Part shown: positions 22,284 to 32,752 of the stretch, in pieces
Position numbering within the stretch: the first letter of the stretch is position 1
Layout of the letters: each line of letters starts with the position of its first letter
DNA from: Verrucomicrobiota bacterium
GTDB taxonomy: Bacteria > Verrucomicrobiota > Verrucomicrobiia > Limisphaerales > UBA11358
Direction of reading: 5' to 3'
NCBI GenBank assembly: GCA_021324235.1
Contig: JAJPJM010000153.1
Coordinates: 471 to 64,470, forward strand
DNA length: 64,000 nucleotides
Notes under the pieces: generated by a model
The model's input: only the letters and a program-made list of their open reading frames with translations
Databases searched by the model: none
Told to the model about the DNA's origin: nothing
Program-made: the position numbers and the translations under genes

Positions 22284-23657
22284 TCAGTTTAATGCCGCCA
22301 GGGCATTTTGCGCCGCCTGCTGTACCAGATAATCACTGTCCTGGACGGCCTCTCTCAAAATGGATTTGGCGTTCTTCTCCCGCAAGTGTCCGAAGGCCGC
22401 CGCTGCGGCCAGGCGCAGGTCGCGGTCACCGTCGTGGAGCAGGTCGGCCAGAATGGCAAAGGCGGCGTGCCGGGGATGGTCCGGGATTGGTGCCGTCGGG
22501 GCGGCTGTCGGCACCGGAATATCCGCAGGGTCGGGCGCAATGCTGCTGAGTTGTTCCAGCAATTTGGTGGCACTATGTCGGACCCAGTATTCCCGGTGAT
22601 TCAGGGCGGTTTCGATTTCCGGCAATGCCTGGCGGGCTTCCCGGGTCTTCAACCATTGTTGGTCAATCAATTTGAGTGAATTGGTCGCGGTGTTGCGCAC
22701 GTTGGTTTCGGTATCCAGCAACGCACGCACCAGGAATGAAATGGCGCGCGGGTCACGGATCCGGCCCAGGGCCACGGCGGCGCCTTCGCGCACGTCGCGA
22801 TCCTTGTCGCGCAACGCCTGGCAAAGTCCATCCACGGCTGACGGTTCGCCCAGGGCACCCAACACCTTGACCGCGGCCTGGCGCACTTCCCAGGAGGAAT
22901 CTTTCAGGGCGTGGATCAATCCCGGCACGGCCCGTTTGCCATCGCATTTGGCGGCGGCCTCCACGGCGACGGAGCGGACACTGGCATTTTGGTCCCTTAA
23001 CAGGCGTTCCACGGCTTCGAAAGTGGAGGGATCGGCGAAACGTTGAAGCGCTTCCAGGGCAGCGATGCGCAGCGCGGACGTGTTTTTCCGGAGGGCTTCC
23101 AGCAACGGTTTGATGACGTTCCGGTCATCCATTTCGCCCAGGGTCTTGACGGCTTCGAGTTGCTTGTCCGGCGGCCCATGCCGGAGCAGTTCCAACAAAG
23201 GTTCAATCGCTTCGGTGCCCAGCGCGGCGACCTGGCGCAGGGTGCCGGTCGCCATGAGGTTCAACGCGCGTTCGGTGTCGCTGTCGGGTTGCCAGCCCAG
23301 TTGCTTCAAACTGTGGGAGGCGCGCGCCCGGACGGCCGGTTCGATGTCCCGGAGTAATCGGACGAGCCAGCTTACGACCTGTGAATCGCCCAGTTGACCC
23401 AAAGCCTCCGCTGCCGCTGCGCGCGCCAACGGCGCCGGGTCGCGCAACATTTGCATCAGCGGTTCCACCGCCCGCCGGTCTTGAAACCGGCCCAGCCCGC
23501 GCGCCGCGGTGCTGCGGACTTCGGCCTCCGCATCCTTTAAAGCAAAAAGCAGTGGCTCCACGGAATCGGAATGCTCGGAATGCGCGAGCTTTTCGACGGT
23601 CGCCAGCCGGGTCTTTGGATTGCTGACGCGAAGTTGCTGATACGTCCACCACAACAT
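22284..23657 (-). CDS. HEAT-repeat (PBS-lyase type) protein
   Basis: At least 10 repeats of the ..VRxxAAxALGxxGDxRAVxxLxxxLxD.. pattern through 457 aa. Confidence 0.8.
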   Translation of the reverse strand: MLWWTYQQLRVSNPKTRLATVEKLAHSEHSDSVEPLLFALKDAEAEVRSTAARGLGRFQDRRAVEPLMQMLRDPAPLARAAAAEALGQLGDSQVVSWLVRLLRDIEPAVRARASHSLKQLGWQPDSDTERALNLMATGTLRQVAALGTEAIEPLLELLRHGPPDKQLEAVKTLGEMDDRNVIKPLLEALRKNTSALRIAALEALQRFADPSTFEAVERLLRDQNASVRSVAVEAAAKCDGKRAVPGLIHALKDSSWEVRQAAVKVLGALGEPSAVDGLCQALRDKDRDVREGAAVALGRIRDPRAISFLVRALLDTETNVRNTATNSLKLIDQQWLKTREARQALPEIETALNHREYWVRHSATKLLEQLSSIAPDPADIPVPTAAPTAPIPDHPRHAAFAILADLLHDGDRDLRLAAAAAFGHLREKNAKSILREAVQDSDYLVQQAAQNALAALN

Positions 23658-23908
23658 AATCTGGCGGAATTACAGCGATTTCTGAGCCAACCGGGCCGGG
23701 AAATGCCCAAAACGGCCTTGCCTCCACTACCTTCGCGATTTCAAGGCAATTCAAGGAGGCCGGAGAGAAAAGTCACTGCCGGATTTGTCCACGCTTGAAC
23801 CCAACGTGTGGATTTGAGGCACCTTTTGCTCAAGGGCTTGGAACTGCGGCGGGTTGCCGGCGTTTTCTCGTCGCTCGACTCCGCAGCGCAGCTGTGGCAG
23901 GTTGCCTC

Positions 23909-24247
23909 ATGGATGCGGATGAACGCGATATTTTTCAGTTTCTCAAATCATGGGGAAGCCAGTTTCTGGCCGCGCGCGAGATTTGCCGGCGTGCCGGCGG
24001 CCGGCGGCGATTCAACGAGGAACCGGATTGGGCCAAACCGGTTTTACTCCGCATGGAGGAACGCGGCATTCTGGAATCCAACGCCACCGGACAGTTCCGC
24101 ATCAAGCCCGTTCACAAGAGCAGAGAGAAGGACGAGCGTTGGGTCTCGCCGGAGATCGCGAAGCTGCTCAAGGAGAGCGGCGTGGAAATCGAAAGCGCCG
24201 GTGACGAAAACGGTCTTGGTCCCGACGAGTATTACGATCAACTCTAG
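23909..24247 (+). CDS. Small hypothetical protein (112 aa)
   Basis: ORF 23795..24247(+), trimmed to ATG 23909 (MDADERDIFQFLKSW...). No recognisable motif; acidic C-terminus. Confidence 0.45.
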   Translation: MDADERDIFQFLKSWGSQFLAAREICRRAGGRRRFNEEPDWAKPVLLRMEERGILESNATGQFRIKPVHKSREKDERWVSPEIAKLLKESGVEIESAGDENGLGPDEYYDQL

Positions 24248-24264
24248 TTGCTCCTGCGGGTTCC

Positions 24265-25185
24265 ATGCTCGCCGCGTTTTTAACCACGCTGTTGTTTGCC
24301 ATCTCCGCGATTTGCGGTCATCGCACCGCCACGCAAATCGGCGGCGTGGAGGCCAACTTCTGGCGGGCCTGCCTGGCCACCCTTTTTCTCGCCCTTTGGG
24401 CGAACACGCTCGGCCATGGTTTTGAGGGCGCCGCCTTCCCCATTTTCGTATTCAGCGGCCTGGCCGGGATTGGCCTGGGCGACAGCGGTTATTTTCAGGC
24501 CCTGCCCCGGCTCGGCAGCCGGCGGACGGTTTTGTTGACACAATGCCTCACCGCGCCATTCGCGGTGGTCATCGAATGGGGGTGGCTGGGCACGAGGCTG
24601 CATGCCCCCGCCCTGGCTTGCATCACGGTCATTTTGGCAGGCGTGGCCGTGGCGTTGGCGCCCCGGGAACACCTGAAAATTGCGCCGCGCCAGATGTTCG
24701 TTGGAATTTCCGGCGCCGTGGTGGGCGCGCTCGGCGGCGCGCTCGGCGCGGTGTTGAGCCGCAAAGCCTACGCCGTTGCGCACGCGGCCGGAGAACATCC
24801 GGATCCCGGCACCACCGGCTATCAACGCGTGATCGGCGGTGCCATTGCGTTGGGCGTGCTTTTATTGGCGGTGAAATGGCGCAGCGCCCGTGCGCACGGC
24901 AGTGTGCTCGAGGCCAAAAGCCTTCAGGTTTCCCGAGACAAATGGCGCCGCCTCTGGCCGTGGGTGGTCGCCAACAGTCTGGCGGGCCAGACGGTCGGCG
25001 TGAGCTGCATGCAATGGGCGCTCGAAAACACGTCCGCGGGCATTGTCACCGCGGTCATCGCCACCACCCCCATCCTGCTGCTGCCGATGACGCGCCTCGT
25101 TGACGGGGAACGCATCGGTTTGCGCTCGACCCTCGGTGCGATGATCGCCGTGGCGGGTGTCATCGGTCTGACGTTTTCACGTTGA
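24265..25185 (+). CDS. EamA/DMT-superfamily transporter
   Basis: 306 aa with about 10 hydrophobic helices in two homologous halves, typical of EamA. Confidence 0.75.
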   Translation: MLAAFLTTLLFAISAICGHRTATQIGGVEANFWRACLATLFLALWANTLGHGFEGAAFPIFVFSGLAGIGLGDSGYFQALPRLGSRRTVLLTQCLTAPFAVVIEWGWLGTRLHAPALACITVILAGVAVALAPREHLKIAPRQMFVGISGAVVGALGGALGAVLSRKAYAVAHAAGEHPDPGTTGYQRVIGGAIALGVLLLAVKWRSARAHGSVLEAKSLQVSRDKWRRLWPWVVANSLAGQTVGVSCMQWALENTSAGIVTAVIATTPILLLPMTRLVDGERIGLRSTLGAMIAVAGVIGLTFSR

Positions 25186-25231
25186 CCCGGGTTGCAACTT
25201 GATCTCGCGGGTGACGGCGGTGAAGATTAGG

Positions 25232-25603
25232 ATGGGAATAATGAAAACGGAGTTGCAAAGCGCCGTGGAAACCCACGGCCTTGAAAAATTCCGCCGGCAC
25301 ATTTTTTTGTGCGCGGACCAGACCGAGCCGAACTGTTGCCCGCGGGAAACGGGTCTGGCGGCCTGGGAATTTTTGAAGCGCCGGCTGAAGGAGTTGAACC
25401 TCACCGGGCCGCAACCGTTGGTCTATCGCACCAAGGCCAACTGCCTGCGGGTCTGTACCCGCGGGCCGATTGCGGTGGTTTATCCCGAAGGGGTCTGGTA
25501 CCACTCCTGCACGCCCGAAACCCTGGAACGCATTGTCCAGGAACACCTGATCGGCGGGAAAATTGTGGAGGAATTCACTTTCGCCCGAAACCCGCTGCGG
25601 TAA
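25232..25603 (+). CDS. Thioredoxin-like [2Fe-2S] ferredoxin family protein
   Basis: [17 protein letters not shown] ... [22 protein letters not shown] pattern. Start uncertain (TTG 25199, ATG 25232 or 25241). Confidence 0.7.
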   Translation: MGIMKTELQSAVETHGLEKFRRHIFLCADQTEPNCCPRETGLAAWEFLKRRLKELNLTGPQPLVYRTKANCLRVCTRGPIAVVYPEGVWYHSCTPETLERIVQEHLIGGKIVEEFTFARNPLR

Positions 25604-25697
25604 GACGATCGGCGGGTTGAACAGGTCCGCTTATTTTGTTCTCGACTTTTTCTTCCCCGGAGCGGAGAATGGCCATGGACCGAGATTCGGAGGCTCC

Positions 25698-26312
25698 ATG
25701 GCCAGGCTCTTGATCAAAACGGAAGGTTTGAAAAATCAGACGCTTGAACTGCGTCTGGGTGTCAATCAAATCGGCCGCAGTCCGGAATGCGATTTTTCCA
25801 TCGATCATCCCACCGTATCCGTCAACCATTGTCAAATTGTGCTGTCGAACGATGGAGTGATGATTCGTGACGCCGGTTCGACCAACGGCACGTTCGTCAA
25901 CGGCGATCCCGTCCGGGAAGCCTGGTTGCTTCCGGGCCAGATGGTGAGTCTGGGCGACGTGGAGTTGTTTGTCGAATCCACCGAGGTCAACGTCGCGATC
26001 CCGCAATATGAACGGGAGCGGCCCAAGCCGCCGGTGGTGCTGGCCGATGGTGTGATTCTCTGTCCGCGGCATTCGCATGCCCATGCCACCCACCGCTGCA
26101 CCCACTGCCGTGAGGTGATGTGCAACGACTGTGTGCACGTGTTGCGTCTCAAGGGAGGCGACCCGCTTTTGCTGTGTCCGTTGTGCAGTCATAAGTGCGA
26201 GCCCATCCCGACCATCCAGACGAGGAAGAAAAAGGGGTTTCTCGGTTTTCTGCAAGACACGGTCAAACTCAAATTCAGGAGTTCCGCCGGTCGTGGGAAG
26301 GCCAAGCGGTAG
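25698..26312 (+). CDS. FHA-domain protein with a C-terminal Cys/His zinc-ribbon (B-box-like) region
   Basis: Start moved to MARLLIKTEG. FHA core: NQIGRSPECDFSIDHPTVSVNHCQIV..IRDAGSTNGTFVNG. C-terminus: CPRHSHAHATHRCTHCREVMCNDC..CPLCSHKC. Confidence 0.75.
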   Translation: MARLLIKTEGLKNQTLELRLGVNQIGRSPECDFSIDHPTVSVNHCQIVLSNDGVMIRDAGSTNGTFVNGDPVREAWLLPGQMVSLGDVELFVESTEVNVAIPQYERERPKPPVVLADGVILCPRHSHAHATHRCTHCREVMCNDCVHVLRLKGGDPLLLCPLCSHKCEPIPTIQTRKKKGFLGFLQDTVKLKFRSSAGRGKAKR

Positions 26313-26342
26313 GCGGCGCGGTTTCACGTTGCCGCCCGGTTT

Positions 26343-27347
26343 TCAAAAACGTTCGACCATGTTCTCCAGCGCGGCAATCCAGCGCGGGTGTTCGTTTAAA
26401 CACGGGATTTGCGTGTACTCCTTTCCGCCGGCCGCGAGGAATGTTTTGCGGCCGCGAATGCCGATTTCCTCCAGGGTCTCCAGACAATCCGAAACAAACG
26501 CCGGACAGATCACCAGGAGATTTTTAACACCCCGTCTGGGCAGCTCCGCCAGCTCAAAATCCGTGTAGGGCTTCAGCCACGGATCGCTTCCCAGGCGGGA
26601 TTGGAACGACACGGAAAATTGTCCCGCCGGTATCCCCGCCTGCTTCACAAACGCGGCGACGGTCCGGAAACACTGTGCCCGGTAACACGTGGCATGTGCC
26701 GGACTGGTGCCTTCGCAGCAGTTTGGGACCGCCAGGCAATGATGGCCCGTGGGATCGGATTTTTTGAGATGCCGCTCCGGCACACCGTGAAAACTGAACA
26801 ACAAATGGTCATAACCCGCCTCCAGATAATTCACCGCACTGGCGGTGAGCGCCGCGATGTAATCCGGCAAATCCCCGTAAGGCGGCTGTACTTTAATCAG
26901 CATGTGCGGCGCGAGTTTGGCCGCCACCTGCTTGACGCGTTCGACGGCCGTTTCGTAACTCGACATGGCGTAGTGCGGGAACAGGGGGATCAACAAAACC
27001 TCGTCAACTCTCTGTTCGGCCAGTCCCGCGATGGCGTCGGGGATGGACGGATTCTGGTACCGCATCGCCAGGGCGACCGGCACGGTGACGCGTTCCTGCA
27101 ACTTCACCTGGACCCGGCGGCTCGTGACCACGAGGGGCGAACCTTCCGGCGACCAGATTTTTTGGTAGGCCTCGGCGGATTCTTTCGGCCGGCTGATGAG
27201 AATCAGGCCGACGATGAGCCGCCGCAGCAACCACGGCGAGTCAATCACGCGGGCGTCCATCAGGAATTCATTCAGGTAACGTCGCACGGCTTCAACGGAA
27301 GCCGAATCCGGCGAACCCAGGTTGACCAGCAAAACGCCCTTGCTCAT
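26343..27347 (-). CDS. hemH: Ferrochelatase
   Basis: GVLLVNLGSPDS N-terminus and FSFHGVPERH motif. Last gene of the hem operon, with a 4-nt overlap to hemY. Confidence 0.9.
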   Translation of the reverse strand: MSKGVLLVNLGSPDSASVEAVRRYLNEFLMDARVIDSPWLLRRLIVGLILISRPKESAEAYQKIWSPEGSPLVVTSRRVQVKLQERVTVPVALAMRYQNPSIPDAIAGLAEQRVDEVLLIPLFPHYAMSSYETAVERVKQVAAKLAPHMLIKVQPPYGDLPDYIAALTASAVNYLEAGYDHLLFSFHGVPERHLKKSDPTGHHCLAVPNCCEGTSPAHATCYRAQCFRTVAAFVKQAGIPAGQFSVSFQSRLGSDPWLKPYTDFELAELPRRGVKNLLVICPAFVSDCLETLEEIGIRGRKTFLAAGGKEYTQIPCLNEHPRWIAALENMVERF

Positions 27348-28723
27348 TTGGTCGTCAGAAATTTTTCCACACGGTCCACCACGTTGCCGCCGGAGACAAT
27401 CGAATCACCCAGCGAAACCCCCTCGCGATAGTGGCCGGCGAGGAAAAGACCGGCGGCTTGATTTTCGATGGCGTTCATCAATTCGCGATAACGGCCGTAG
27501 CCAAGATTATATTGCGGAATGGCCTTCGGGTAAAGCGCCGTGTGCCGGAACACCGGCCGGCCGGTTACGCCCAATAAGACGCGCAAATCCTCGCACGCCA
27601 GCGCGACCAGTTCGTCCGCGGATCGCGACGCCAGGTCCGGCTGCCGCTCGCCGCCCACGTAACTGGTCAGCGTGACATGGCCGGCGGGCGCGCGGTTGGG
27701 AAACAACGATGACGAGAAAATCGTGCCAAGGATGCGAAAGCCTTCGACCTTCGGAATCAACATGCCATAGCCCTGGCACGAATGTGTCACGTCCTCGCGC
27801 CGGAATCCCAAAACCACGCTTGCCACCGGTGGATAGCGGATCTCGGAGAACATTTCGGCAGGGCGGCGTGGCTGCGCAGCCCCACCACCGATGATTTCCA
27901 ATTCCGCCAGTTTGTGCGCCGTGCCGCAATAAATCACCGCGCCAAATTCCGCGTCGCCATTCGCGGTCACCACGTGCCAACCGTTGCCCGTTTGCGCCAG
28001 CTTCGTGACCGGCGTATTCAATTTCAATGAATCTCCAAGTTGTGCCGCCAACGTGTCCGGCAACACCTGCAAACCTTCATCGAAGGAAAATTTGGGGGCG
28101 CGGTCCCTGGCGATTTCGCCGCGCCGTTTGCGTTCGCGCGCGCCAAAAATCTGGCCTTTGATGAGCGAGCCATGACGGGCTTCGAGTTCCGCCAGTCGCG
28201 GGAACGCCTGTTGCACGGAAAGCTGGTGTGGGTCGCCCGCATAAATTCCGGCCACGAGCGCGTCAATCATCTGGTCGAGGAATTCCCGGTTCAACCGGCG
28301 CACGACAAATTCCGCGATGCTTTCTTCCCGGCCATCGCGACGGCGTGGCACAAAGGGTTCGCGGAGCAGGGCGAACTTCGCCTTCGCGCTCAATAATTCC
28401 GACGTGAAGATGCCCAGTTGCGACGACGGCATCGCGATGGGACGCCGGTAACGGACGACGTAACGCGCTTCGGCTTTGGGGTCCGAATCGAGCCGGCGCG
28501 ATGCCAGACCGGCGTCCCGGACCAGTTGGGCGATTTTCGGCGACGTTTCGAGCAGGGTGTTCGGGCCGCACTCGGCCAGGAAGCCGTCACGCCGGATGGA
28601 TTGAATGACGCCACCGACGCGTCCACCCGCTTCATAGACCGTGACGGGAATGCCTTTGCGCCTCAGGTAAAACGCCGCCGTCAATCCCGTGATGCCCGCA
28701 CCGATGATCGCGACGGGTTTCAA
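27344..28723 (-). CDS. hemY: Protoporphyrinogen/coproporphyrinogen oxidase, FAD-dependent (HemY type)
   Basis: VAIIGAGITGLTAAFYL dinucleotide-binding N-terminus, 459 aa. Sits between hemN and hemH. Confidence 0.85.
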   Translation of the reverse strand: MKPVAIIGAGITGLTAAFYLRRKGIPVTVYEAGGRVGGVIQSIRRDGFLAECGPNTLLETSPKIAQLVRDAGLASRRLDSDPKAEARYVVRYRRPIAMPSSQLGIFTSELLSAKAKFALLREPFVPRRRDGREESIAEFVVRRLNREFLDQMIDALVAGIYAGDPHQLSVQQAFPRLAELEARHGSLIKGQIFGARERKRRGEIARDRAPKFSFDEGLQVLPDTLAAQLGDSLKLNTPVTKLAQTGNGWHVVTANGDAEFGAVIYCGTAHKLAELEIIGGGAAQPRRPAEMFSEIRYPPVASVVLGFRREDVTHSCQGYGMLIPKVEGFRILGTIFSSSLFPNRAPAGHVTLTSYVGGERQPDLASRSADELVALACEDLRVLLGVTGRPVFRHTALYPKAIPQYNLGYGRYRELMNAIENQAAGLFLAGHYREGVSLGDSIVSGGNVVDRVEKFLTTK

Positions 28724-30096
28724 ATCGTTCGGGAATGTTTCCGCTCGCCCACGGGCGCGAGGGTGTTGTCAAAACACATCGCAATGTTGCGGATGAACAG
28801 GCGCCCGGCATCGGTGACTTCGAGGCCGGCGGGTGAGCGTTTCACCAAACCGTCGGCTGCAAACGGCGCGAGCGTGGCGAGTTCATGGGTGAAATGTTCC
28901 TCGAAATGGATTCCGAGTTTCTGCGACATCGCGGCGAAGTCGAGCGAAAGGTCACACATCACGCGCATGATGGTTTCGCGGCGGATTTTGTCCTCTTCGG
29001 TCACGAAATACGCGCGTTGCAGCGGGACGTTCCCGCTGTCCACGGCCTCCTGCCATTTCGGCAGTTCCTTCTCGTTCTGCCAGTAGGCTTCGGGAATCTG
29101 CGAGATGGAGGACATGCCAAAAGCATAAATATCCGACCCGGCACGGGTGCTGTAACCTTGAAAATTCCGCTGAAGTTTCTTCCCGCGTTGGGCCACGGCG
29201 AGTTCATCGGCCGGTTTCGCAAAATGGTCCATGCCAATATAGACGTATTGGCCGTCCGCCGTAAGTTTTTCGATGACGAGTTTGAGCACCTGCAGTTTCG
29301 TTTCCGGCGTGGGCAGGACCTCGCGTTCGAGAATTTTTTGCGACGGTTTGATCCACGGCACGTGCGCGTAGCTGAACACCGCGAGCCGGTCGGGCTTCAT
29401 CGTCAGCACGATGTCGAGCGTTTCATTGAACGATTCCGGGGTTTGAAACGGCAGGCCGTAAATCAGGTCGAGGTTGATGGAGCCAAAGCCGAGTTCGCGC
29501 ATCCAATCCATCGCTTGCTGGGTCATTTCGCGCGGCTGAATGCGATGAATGGCCTCCTGCACCCTGGGGTTGAAATCCTGCACGCCCATCGAGGCGCGGT
29601 TGAAACCGATTTCACGCAGCGCCACCATGTGCTCGCGGGTGAGCCGGCGCGGATCCACTTCCACGCTCGCTTCGATGTCCGGTGAAAACGTGAAGTGTTG
29701 ATGGATGATTTCGCCGAGCCGGCGGATTTCGTCCGGCTTCAGAAACGTCGGCGAGCCGCCGCCGAAATGGAGTTGGACGGCTTTGCGCTGCGGGTTCAGC
29801 TTGGGCGCCATTTTTGCGACTTCACGGCCCAGCGCCTCGACATAAGCCATGCCCCGGTCGTGATTCAGCGTAATGACGGTGGTGCAGCCGCAAAACCAGC
29901 AGAGTGTTTCGCAGAACGGGATGTGAAAATAAATCGAGAGGTCGCGGGACGCGCGGTTGTTCTCCTCGATCTTTGCGGAAAGCTGTTCCCACGAGATGGT
30001 GTCGGTGAATTTCGTGGCCGGCGGATAGCTGGTGTAACGCGGTCCGGCCACGTTGTATTTCTTCACCAGATCCAGATTGACGTTCAACACACTCAT
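28720..30096 (-). CDS. hemN: Oxygen-independent coproporphyrinogen III oxidase (radical SAM)
   Basis: SIYFHIPFCETLCWFCGC radical-SAM cluster motif and GGGSPTFL; 458 aa. Confidence 0.9.
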   Translation of the reverse strand: MSVLNVNLDLVKKYNVAGPRYTSYPPATKFTDTISWEQLSAKIEENNRASRDLSIYFHIPFCETLCWFCGCTTVITLNHDRGMAYVEALGREVAKMAPKLNPQRKAVQLHFGGGSPTFLKPDEIRRLGEIIHQHFTFSPDIEASVEVDPRRLTREHMVALREIGFNRASMGVQDFNPRVQEAIHRIQPREMTQQAMDWMRELGFGSINLDLIYGLPFQTPESFNETLDIVLTMKPDRLAVFSYAHVPWIKPSQKILEREVLPTPETKLQVLKLVIEKLTADGQYVYIGMDHFAKPADELAVAQRGKKLQRNFQGYSTRAGSDIYAFGMSSISQIPEAYWQNEKELPKWQEAVDSGNVPLQRAYFVTEEDKIRRETIMRVMCDLSLDFAAMSQKLGIHFEEHFTHELATLAPFAADGLVKRSPAGLEVTDAGRLFIRNIAMCFDNTLAPVGERKHSRTI

Positions 30097-31163
30097 TTGA
30101 AATTTTTTACGGTCTCGACCAGGGCGGCGATGTTTTCCAGTTTGGCTTCGGGCGGCACACCGTGGCCCAGATTAAAAATGTGGCCGCGTGCGCCGCGCAT
30201 GTCAGTCAGAATCCGGCCGGTTTCCACCGCGACGATTTCCGGTTTCGTCAGGAGCAAAGATGGATCAAGATTGCCTTGCACGCCAACGTGTTCCGGCAGT
30301 TGGGCGCGCACGTCTGCCAGTCGGACCGTCCAGTCAATCCCCAGCACGTTCGCCCCGGTGTCCACCAGCGTCTGCCAGTGGCCGTGAACGTCCTTGGAAA
30401 ACACGATGACGGGCACGGCATTTTTCAGCGCGACAACGATTTGTTTGATCCAGTTGGCCGACGCGGCCGCAAACGCGTCCCCGGCCAGCAACCCACCGAG
30501 GCTGTCGAAGATTTGTACGGCATCCACACCTGCCTGGATTTGCATTTGCAACAGGCGCGTGACGGCGGCGGTCAGTTTGGTCATCAGCATCGCAAAGATT
30601 TCCGGTTCGGCGTCGAACAATTTTTTGGCCCGGGTAAATGCATCCGCGCTGCCGCCTTCGAGCATGAAATTGGCCAGCGTCCAGGGTGAACCGGCAAAAC
30701 CGATGAGCGCGGTCCGGTCGCCCAGCGAGGATTTGACGAGTTGCAGGGCGCGCGGGATGTAAGCCAGGCGTTCCGGCAGGGCGGGAACATTGAGCTGCTT
30801 GATGTCGTCCGCCGTGCGCAGCGCAAAACTCATTTCGATGCCGCCACCGTCACGGAATTTATAGCCCTGTCCCAGACCTTCAGCGACGACCAGGATGTCG
30901 CTGAACAGGATGGCGGCGTCAAAGTCGAATCGCTGGATTGGCTGCAGGGTGACTTCGGCGGCCAATTCGGGGGTGCGGACCAGGGTCAGAAAGGGGTATT
31001 GGCCCTTTAGTTTGCGGTATTCCGGCAACGCCCGCCCCGCTTGCCGCATGAGCCAGACCGGCGGGCGGTCCACCGCGCGACAACGACTGGCGTCGAGGAA
31101 GCGCTGGCGGTTGGTCAGCGCCGGTGCCCCGGACCTGGCTTGGTTGGCGGCAATAGCGGTCAT
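30093..31163 (-). CDS. hemE: Uroporphyrinogen decarboxylase
   Basis: PPVWLMRQAGRALPEY signature; 356 aa. First gene of the hemE-N-Y-H operon. Confidence 0.9.
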   Translation of the reverse strand: MTAIAANQARSGAPALTNRQRFLDASRCRAVDRPPVWLMRQAGRALPEYRKLKGQYPFLTLVRTPELAAEVTLQPIQRFDFDAAILFSDILVVAEGLGQGYKFRDGGGIEMSFALRTADDIKQLNVPALPERLAYIPRALQLVKSSLGDRTALIGFAGSPWTLANFMLEGGSADAFTRAKKLFDAEPEIFAMLMTKLTAAVTRLLQMQIQAGVDAVQIFDSLGGLLAGDAFAAASANWIKQIVVALKNAVPVIVFSKDVHGHWQTLVDTGANVLGIDWTVRLADVRAQLPEHVGVQGNLDPSLLLTKPEIVAVETGRILTDMRGARGHIFNLGHGVPPEAKLENIAALVETVKNFK

Positions 31164-31257
31164 TTTTCGCCATCAGGATAGGCTGGGAAACGGGCGACGG
31201 CGAGTGTGTTTTCGTCGCAACTTTGTCGATGCCCCGGTTTTTAACCAAAAGAACACG

Positions 31258-31731
31258 ATGAAAGACGAACCGGTTCAGAATCTCCAGCGCGAACGGGTTT
31301 GGCGTCGGAAACTCACCGAGGCCGAACACGCCGGATTAAGCGCACAGCCGGAAGCCCGGGCGGATTGGGAGCTTGAATCGCTTTTGACCGAAGGGCTGGC
31401 CCGGTTGTCGGACGCGCCGGTGCCGTCGAATTTCACCGCGCGTGTGCTTCAGGCCGCCGAACGCGAGGCGATGCGGCCGCGGGCGGCCGCCTGGCAATGG
31501 ACCTGGCGCGTGCTGGTGCCCCGTCTGGCGGTCGGGGTGGCGGTGATTGGCCTTGCCGGTTTGACCTATCAACGCCACGAATTCAATCAGCGCGCCCGGC
31601 TCGCCCACAATATCGCGCTGGTGACCGGGACGCAGCCGTTGCCCAGTGTCGAGGCCTTGAAAAATTTCGACGCCATCCAGCGCATGAGTCAGCCGCGCGC
31701 CGACGAAAAATTACTTGCGCTGTTGCAATGA
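31258..31731 (+). CDS. Hypothetical single-pass membrane protein (anti-sigma-like topology)
   Basis: ORF 30895..31731(+), trimmed to ATG 31258 (MKDEPVQNLQ..). One TM helix (VLVPRLAVGVAVIGLAGL). Stop overlaps the next start (ATGA). Confidence 0.5.
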   Translation: MKDEPVQNLQRERVWRRKLTEAEHAGLSAQPEARADWELESLLTEGLARLSDAPVPSNFTARVLQAAEREAMRPRAAAWQWTWRVLVPRLAVGVAVIGLAGLTYQRHEFNQRARLAHNIALVTGTQPLPSVEALKNFDAIQRMSQPRADEKLLALLQ

Positions 31732-32699
31732 ACCGTTCGCGGCAGGTGCGTTGGTGGCTGGCGTTGTGCGTTGCCGGGCAATGGTTGATTGCTCCGGTCT
31801 TCGGCGGGACTGTTCCCGGTGTTCCACCGCCCGTGAAATTGCTTTCGGTGCAGACGAACAACCTTTCTCCCTTGCCCCGCCCCCGCTCGCCGGTGGCTTT
31901 GTTCCGTCAATTGCTGGCCATGACCCCGGAGGAACGCGACGCCTTTTTGACCAATCGTCCGCCGCAAATCCGCGAAGGCATTCTCGACAAGGTCGATGAA
32001 TACGAGTCGCTCGATCCCAACGAGCGCGAGTTGCGGCTGCGCGCCACCGAATTGCGCTGGTATCTGCTCCCGCTCATGCAGGAACCACCGGATCAACGTG
32101 CCGCGCGGCTGGCCCAGGTCCCGGCGGACATGCGCGACCTGGTCAAAGCCCGCCTGGACGGGTGGATTATTTTGCCGCCGCCGTTGCAGCAGGAATTCCT
32201 GGAGAACGAACGCGCCCTGCGCTACTTTGCGAACGTGGACGTGAGCAACAACCCGGCGCTTCGACAAATCGCTCCGCCCGGTTCCGATCTGGCGCGCTGG
32301 AGCACAATGACCGAAGATCAGCGGGAAAAGGTCGCCGCCAATGTAAATCAATTCTTCGAGCTGACTCCGGACGAGAAACAGGCGGCCCTCGGCACCTTGT
32401 CCGACGCGGAACGTCAACAAATGGAACAAACCCTGCAGGCCTTCGACCAATTGCCCTCCAGCCAGCGGGACGAATGTATTCATGCGTTCGCGAAATTTGC
32501 CGGCATGAGCACGACCGAAAAACAGGAATTCCTGAAGAACGCCGAACGCTGGTCCCGAATGTCGCCGGCCGACCGCCAGGCCTGGCGCGACCTCGTGGTG
32601 AACGTGCCGGAATGGCCCCCGCTGCCGCCGGATTTTTTCACGTCGTCCCCGTCCCCGCCCTCGATTTTTCATTCCGTGGCGACCACCAACCCGAACTGA
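31728..32699 (+). CDS. Secreted helical-repeat protein (DUF3106-like)
   Basis: ORF 31497..32699(+), trimmed to ATG 31728 (MNRSRQVRWWLALCVAG..). Repeats of the ..P(E/D)ER(D/Q)..F/L.. W..(M/L)SP..R..W type. Confidence 0.5.
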   Translation: MNRSRQVRWWLALCVAGQWLIAPVFGGTVPGVPPPVKLLSVQTNNLSPLPRPRSPVALFRQLLAMTPEERDAFLTNRPPQIREGILDKVDEYESLDPNERELRLRATELRWYLLPLMQEPPDQRAARLAQVPADMRDLVKARLDGWIILPPPLQQEFLENERALRYFANVDVSNNPALRQIAPPGSDLARWSTMTEDQREKVAANVNQFFELTPDEKQAALGTLSDAERQQMEQTLQAFDQLPSSQRDECIHAFAKFAGMSTTEKQEFLKNAERWSRMSPADRQAWRDLVVNVPEWPPLPPDFFTSSPSPPSIFHSVATTNPN

Positions 32700-32752
32700 A
32701 CCGGCGCGAATTTCAGTTTTCCATTTCCCCCGCCACGCTTTAACCTCGCATC

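Noticed and set aside
23808-24425. 205-aa ORF overlapping both the small hypothetical gene and the EamA transporter start
   Set aside because: It is out of frame with two better-supported ORFs. Its translation is Arg/Ser/Ala-rich with no motifs and it crosses an intergenic gap.
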